NCBI GenBank assembly: GCA_024641205.1
Contig: JAHEDM010000001.1
Span: 1-27,573, forward strand
Length of the DNA: 27,573 nt
Reading direction: 5' to 3'
Source of the DNA: Actinomycetes bacterium
GTDB lineage: Bacteria > Actinomycetota > Acidimicrobiia > Spongiisociales > UBA4744
A program made the translations under genes and the position numbers. The notes beneath the pieces are model-generated. The model was not told where the DNA came from, made no database searches, and saw nothing but the letters and a program-made list of their open reading frames with translations. How positions within the stretch are numbered: position 1 is the first letter of the stretch; the number at the start of each line of letters is the position of its first letter. Of this stretch, positions 23,142 through 27,573 are shown in pieces.

Positions 23142-23969
23142 ATGCCACCACTGGCAGGCAAAACCATGTTCATCTCAGGGGGAAGCCGCGGGATCGGATT
23201 GGCCATCGCCAAACGCGCCGCCCGAGATGGAGCCAACATCGCCTTCATCGCCAAGACCGCCGACCCCCACCCGGCTTTGCCGGGAACGGTGTATACCGCC
23301 GCCGCCGAAATCAAGGAAGCCGGTGGCCGAGCCTTGCCGATCGTCGGGGATATTCGCAACGAAGATCAGGTTGAGGCAGCCGTTGAGGCGGCAGTTGAGC
23401 TATTCGGCGGAATCGATATCTGCGTCAACAACGCCAGCGCCATCAACCTGGCCAACACCGAGTCATTGCCTATGAAACGATACGACCTCATGCAGAACAT
23501 CAACACCCGCGGCACGTTCCTGGTGTCCAAGACGTGCATCCCCTACCTCAAACAGAGCAAGAACGGTCATATCCTCACGCTCAGCCCTCCGCTCAACCTC
23601 GCACCCCATTGGTTCAAGAACCACGTTGCGTACACCATCGCCAAGTACGGCATGAGCATGGTGACGCTCGGCTTGTCCCAGGAACTGGCGGACGATGACA
23701 TCGCCGCCAACTGCCTATGGCCGAAGACCATCATCGCCACTGCCGCTGTCCAGAATCTGCTGGGCGGCGACCAGGCGATGGCCCTGTCACGTCGGCCCGA
23801 GATCATGGCCGACGCCGCCTATGAGATCTTCAAGAAGGACGCCAGGACCACCACCGGCAACTTCTACATCGATGAAGACGTGCTGATCAAAGCAGGGATT
23901 TCCAACTTCGACGAGTACGGCTACGGAGACGCAGGCAAGCTGCAGCTGGATATCTTCTTGGACGAGTAA
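23142..23969 (+). CDS. Short-chain dehydrogenase/reductase (HSDL2/Rv3224-like), 275 aa
   Basis: ISGGSRGIG (GxxxGxG), VNNASAI, YTIAK (YxxxK), LWPKTIIATAAV. SD GGAGAGGA. Confidence 0.94.
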   Translation: MPPLAGKTMFISGGSRGIGLAIAKRAARDGANIAFIAKTADPHPALPGTVYTAAAEIKEAGGRALPIVGDIRNEDQVEAAVEAAVELFGGIDICVNNASAINLANTESLPMKRYDLMQNINTRGTFLVSKTCIPYLKQSKNGHILTLSPPLNLAPHWFKNHVAYTIAKYGMSMVTLGLSQELADDDIAANCLWPKTIIATAAVQNLLGGDQAMALSRRPEIMADAAYEIFKKDARTTTGNFYIDEDVLIKAGISNFDEYGYGDAGKLQLDIFLDE

Positions 23970-24073
23970 CCAGCAACCAGCAAAGACACACCCGACTCGT
24001 CACTCGTGTTGCGAAAGGGTCCTCCGGCCCCTTGTCTTTCCCGGCTCACTATGGCGTTGTTACCCATAACCGA

Positions 24074-24098
24074 GAAGAAAAGGGGTCGGTTCGTCGTC
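24074..24098 (+). promoter_or_regulatory. Possible ECF-type leaderless autoregulatory promoter
   Basis: GAAG/GAAAA (24074-24081) and CGTC (24095-24098), with CGTC 7 nt before GTG 24106. Confidence 0.35.
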
Positions 24099-24105
24099 CA
24101 ACAGG

Positions 24106-24657
24106 GTGAGGACGGAGGACAGTGGCATCGTGACCAGCGCATCCGAGACCAAGACGGTCAGTCCGGAAGCCTTCCTAGAGATGGTGCGGACGCACGACCA
24201 CCGACTTCGGGCTCTTGCTTTCCGTTTGCTGGGGGATCGAGATCGAATGGACGACGCTCTGCAAGAGGCCTATCTGAAGGCCTTCCGAGCATTACCCGGT
24301 TTCCGCGGAGAGGCGGCAACAGGAACCTGGCTGTTCCGAATCGTCTACAACACCTGCGTCGACGAGATCCGGCGATCAGCCCGGGCCAATCTGGTGCCGG
24401 TCCCTGAGGTTGATCAACCCGATCCGAACTCGGATCCGGCAGAGATCACCTATCGATCGGACGAGCTGGCAGCGGCACTCAGCGACCTGAGCGAACAGGA
24501 CAGGGCCTTGGTCATGTTGGTTGACGGTGAGGGTTTCCCGTATCAAGACACGGCCCGAATTCTCGGCTTGCCGGTAGGCACCATCGCCTCCCGGCTGCAC
24601 CGGGCGAGACGGACGCTGCGCAAAAGCCTCGCTGATTATCGAGGTGAGCAACGATGA
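24106..24657 (+). CDS. ECF RNA polymerase sigma factor, 183 aa
   Basis: Region 2 DALQEAYLKAFRALPGF...TWLFRIVYNTCVD; region 4 LVDGEGFPYQDTARILGLPVGTIASRLHRAR. No region 3. Confidence 0.95.
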   Translation: MRTEDSGIVTSASETKTVSPEAFLEMVRTHDHRLRALAFRLLGDRDRMDDALQEAYLKAFRALPGFRGEAATGTWLFRIVYNTCVDEIRRSARANLVPVPEVDQPDPNSDPAEITYRSDELAAALSDLSEQDRALVMLVDGEGFPYQDTARILGLPVGTIASRLHRARRTLRKSLADYRGEQR

Positions 24658-27278
24658 ACGACTACCGAGACACTGCTCTTGGGACCGCCCTCCAGGAACT
24701 GCCTGTTCCGGAACACCGAGCCGGATTCTGGGACACGGTCGCGGCCGACCTGGCAGGCCTGCCAAAGACCGTCGACCAGGAACCAAATGCGAAACCCGAC
24801 GCTCCGTTACCGCATATGCCGCGCGAGAAGGCTTCGCCTCAGAAGATTCGTCGCTTCCATCGATGGGGTTGGGCGTTCGCCGCCGCCGCAATGATCGCAA
24901 TCGCGATCGGAGTCGTCGCCGCCCTGCAGCTGTTCCGCGGCGATCCGGGCCCGATGATCGAGGATCCCACGACAACGACTACTGCGACGACGAGTCCCGC
25001 TCCGGACAACTCAGTGCCGGACCCCATCGGGACTGGAATGGGGCCGTCCTTTGCGGTCATCGATGGTGAAGGCGGTGTGGGGCACAATTCCTCCCTCGTC
25101 GTCGGAGCCGACGGCGTCCCTCTAATCGTTTATTCCACGCCCTTCGAGGAGAGCCCCTTGAGATTGGCCCGCTGTGCCGACTCTGGCTGTTCCGGCAAGG
25201 CCACCGTTAACGGCGTGGAGCCGAAGGGGAGTTGGTACGAAGCGACGATGGCGATGGGGCCCGATGGCCTGCCGGTGTACGTGTGGATGTCTTCCCCCCC
25301 GGACGGCGAAGAAGGGAATAGCGTCGTCAACCTGTTCAAATGCACCGATCCGGGCTGCTCTGAAGGCACCCTCTCGGAACTCGGACCGGGCGAACTGTCC
25401 CCCGACCTTGCGGTCGGTCCGGACAACCTGCCTGCGGTGCTCGTCAGTACATGGGACGGCACCGCCACGCTGATCAAGTGCGACGACCCGGCTTGCACCA
25501 CCAACCGTCGCAACACCATCGACGAAATCGGCTCGATGCGTAGTGGTCTTCCAAAGATCGCAGTGGGAACCGGTTCAACTCCCGTGATCGCCACGTCCCT
25601 CGCGTCCGCCGAAGGAGAGACTCCATATGTGACGGTCCTGAACTGCTCGGACCCGGCCTGCGCCGGCGAGGTCTTCGTATCCCCCCTGACGGTACGGTCG
25701 CTCGGGATCGAGGAACTGGCAGTGTCTGGAGATGGGGTTCCCGTCATTCTCACCATATCCATGCCCGAAGCCACCCAAGAGCTTGCCGGTGACCTTGTCC
25801 TGATCGGTTGCACCGACCCTGCCTGCGCCTCCCCAACCGTCACAGTGCTTGCCCAGTTGAGCGGCCCACTCCCAGGAGAGCTAGGGGAAGGCAGATTCGG
25901 GTCGATGGCGATTTCACCCAACAACCGAGTGTCCGTCGCGTATGTTGACCGATCCATTGCAGGGGGAATCCTGACGGTCGCTACCTGCACCGACCCGGTT
26001 TGCTCCGGCGGAGTAACTCACTCTCCAACCCAGAAGGTGTCCGAATTTGTGTGGACCTCGACTGCTCTCAATCCTCAAGGCAACCCGGTTGTCGCCTACA
26101 ACTCCTACAACACCCTCCACGTCATGGTGTGTGCCGATCCAGCGTGTACCGCGCCGGAATTCGCATTGCCTCCAACAAAACCGGCGGACCGGTGGGAGAC
26201 CACCATCGTCGACGAAGCCGGGGCGCGGCTCGAAGGGTTCAGCCCCTCGGTGGTGATCGACCGTAGCGGATTGCCCATCATTGTCTACAACTCCGACGAA
26301 GGGACGGCCCTGGTCTCGTGCAATGATCCCGCCTGCTCGGACTTCTCGACCACCGTACTGGAGGGAGGCGGCCAGGCGTCGGTTGTGCTCACCGTCGAGG
26401 GTCTGCCCGCGGTGATTTCGCACACGATGGAGTGGGACGGGGTGGCGCTGACTCTTTGCCATGACCGAAGCTGCGCCGACCGAGAGACGATCCGTGTGTT
26501 CGATGAGTGGGTGAATGGCGCTCCGGCGATCGCCACCAGCCCGCGCGGCGCCGTGGTGGCCTACCAACATCCCAGCGACTGGTACGTATGGGTGAAGACC
26601 TGCCTCGACGACACATGCAACGAGTTCGCTGAGGGAAGGCTGGAGAGCCTGGCCGACCCCGGGGAAGGCGAATTCCCCGACCGGTGGTACATCGATACGC
26701 TCGACATCGCGGTTCCCGGCGACGGCCTGCCGGTGATCGGGGTTGCCCAAACTGATGGAACAGTCCGGGTAGTCAAGTGCTCGATCTGGGACTGCACCGA
26801 ATCAACCACGGTCGTCGTTGCGGAAACTGGCTCTGATCAGGTAACTGCCGACCTGGCGATCGGAATCGACGGGTACCCGCTGATGGCGTACTACAACAAC
26901 GGCCGCCTTGAAGTGGCGGTATGCCACAACCCCGCTTGTCAGAACTTCACCGTCAACAGCATCGACGATTCGACGTCAGAGTTTATCGCCTCCGTCGGTC
27001 CGGACATCGAGGTGGGATCGGATGGACTCGCTTTGATTGCCTACTGGACACCCACCAGGGAGATGAAACTGGCACGCTGTCTCGACGAGCTATGCGATGA
27101 GACCGTTCTAGCGGATGTGGCCGATCTCAACACGTTCGGCATGGCCATCACGGCCGATGGATCACCGGTGCTGGCCTACTACCAAGGCTCAATCGAAGGT
27201 CACGATCCTGTGTCGGGTGAAGGCAACGACCTGCTGCTGGCTCGCTGCCGTGCCGGCACATGTGCCGACAATGAGTGA
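24654..27278 (+). CDS. Putative membrane-anchored anti-sigma factor with a large Cys-repeat extracytoplasmic domain, 874 aa
   Basis: ATGA overlap with the sigma gene; short cytoplasmic N-terminus (LPVPEHRAGFW), basic stretch then one TM helix (aa ~71-94), Thr/Pro linker, then 14 repeats each ending in C-x4-C. Confidence 0.85.
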   Translation: MNDYRDTALGTALQELPVPEHRAGFWDTVAADLAGLPKTVDQEPNAKPDAPLPHMPREKASPQKIRRFHRWGWAFAAAAMIAIAIGVVAALQLFRGDPGPMIEDPTTTTTATTSPAPDNSVPDPIGTGMGPSFAVIDGEGGVGHNSSLVVGADGVPLIVYSTPFEESPLRLARCADSGCSGKATVNGVEPKGSWYEATMAMGPDGLPVYVWMSSPPDGEEGNSVVNLFKCTDPGCSEGTLSELGPGELSPDLAVGPDNLPAVLVSTWDGTATLIKCDDPACTTNRRNTIDEIGSMRSGLPKIAVGTGSTPVIATSLASAEGETPYVTVLNCSDPACAGEVFVSPLTVRSLGIEELAVSGDGVPVILTISMPEATQELAGDLVLIGCTDPACASPTVTVLAQLSGPLPGELGEGRFGSMAISPNNRVSVAYVDRSIAGGILTVATCTDPVCSGGVTHSPTQKVSEFVWTSTALNPQGNPVVAYNSYNTLHVMVCADPACTAPEFALPPTKPADRWETTIVDEAGARLEGFSPSVVIDRSGLPIIVYNSDEGTALVSCNDPACSDFSTTVLEGGGQASVVLTVEGLPAVISHTMEWDGVALTLCHDRSCADRETIRVFDEWVNGAPAIATSPRGAVVAYQHPSDWYVWVKTCLDDTCNEFAEGRLESLADPGEGEFPDRWYIDTLDIAVPGDGLPVIGVAQTDGTVRVVKCSIWDCTESTTVVVAETGSDQVTADLAIGIDGYPLMAYYNNGRLEVAVCHNPACQNFTVNSIDDSTSEFIASVGPDIEVGSDGLALIAYWTPTREMKLARCLDELCDETVLADVADLNTFGMAITADGSPVLAYYQGSIEGHDPVSGEGNDLLLARCRAGTCADNE
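25173..27263 (+). repeat. 14 intragenic protein repeats (~50 aa) ending in C-x4-C
   Basis: CADSGC, CTDPGC, CDDPAC, CSDPAC, CTDPAC, CTDPVC, CADPAC | CNDPAC, CHDRSC, CLDDTC, CSIWDC, CHNPAC, CLDELC, CRAGTC. Confidence 0.93.
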
Positions 27279-27284
27279 CCCATC

Positions 27285-27318
27285 AAGCCCGGTCCGGTGG
27301 GGGTAGCGGACCGGGCTT
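27285..27318. terminator. Perfect 12-bp stem-loop between the anti-sigma gene and the next gene
   Basis: AAGCCCGGTCCG-GTGGGGGTAG-CGGACCGGGCTT; no U-tract on either strand. Confidence 0.65.
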
Positions 27319-27337
27319 CACAAACAAAGGGGGAAAG

Positions 27338-27573
27338 ATGAGAAAGACCCTCATCATCGTTGGATTGGCGATCCTGACTTTGACCATGACGGCCCTCCCC
27401 GCTACCGGCGAGGAGCCGTTCCCGCCGGCCGACTGGCAACAAAGCGCTCGTTTTTCAGGTGATTACCTGCACGCAAGCTTCGAGGGAGACACCGGCTATG
27501 TGACCGTCGACGGCTACGACGGAACCTTCAAGCTCCCCGGCGTCAAGGGAAAGGGGATCCAGGACGAACTCGT
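27338..27573 (+). CDS. Secreted protein with a signal peptide, truncated by the window edge
   Basis: Not in the ORF track. ATG 27338 after AAAGGGGGAAAG; MRKTLIIVGLAILTLTMTALPATG-EEPFPPADWQQSARFSG..., open to the end of the window; classic n/h/c signal-peptide layout. Confidence 0.78.
   Translation, partial: MRKTLIIVGLAILTLTMTALPATGEEPFPPADWQQSARFSGDYLHASFEGDTGYVTVDGYDGTFKLPGVKGKGIQDEL

Noticed and set aside
23975-24035. Resemblance to a c-di-GMP-I riboswitch (GCAAA ... GAAAG ... CCTCCGGCC)
   Set aside because: No GNRA-capped P1b stem, no GGGACGCAAAG junction and no tetraloop receptor; only isolated short words match.
1-27573. tRNA, rRNA, transposase, integrase or defence-system genes
   Set aside because: No T-loop GTTCRA cloverleaf, DDE/HUH/tyrosine-recombinase motifs or defence domains were found by reading.

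Overview
GC-rich bacterial chromosomal window, most likely Actinomycetota and probably Acidimicrobiia (inferred from gene content, an Rv3213c-type ParA, an Rv3224-type SDR and frequent leaderless promoters). It carries about 25 protein-coding genes: a heterodimeric ABC exporter pair, acyl-CoA dehydrogenase, an atypical orphan histidine-kinase-like ATPase, a PNPOx-family protein, a sulfite-oxidase-family molybdoenzyme, a sphingosine-1-phosphate-lyase-like PLP enzyme, DUF819, cupin, tag, a YwiC-like protein, ppdK, GNAT, an M48/YgjP-like protein, msrB, ParA plus a small Zn-ribbon protein, an AlkA-like glycosylase, an SDR, and an ECF sigma/anti-sigma module. There is also one truncated, frameshifted glycoside-hydrolase-like propeller remnant. 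I see no tRNA, rRNA, CRISPR array or transposase. The most striking feature is the 874-aa putative anti-sigma factor. Its extracytoplasmic part has exactly 14 repeats of about 50 aa, each ending in C-x4-C (consensus CxDPAC) and split 7+7 by a Pro-rich linker, suggesting two disulfide-stapled 7-bladed beta-propeller sensors. Other highlights are the kinase-like protein with two H-box-like motifs, a degenerate ATP lid and an unknown C-terminal domain; a ParA/Zn-ribbon coupled pair with no ParB; a leader ORF before the ABC pair; and several palindromic intergenic elements. All family assignments come from motif reading and recall, not database searches.
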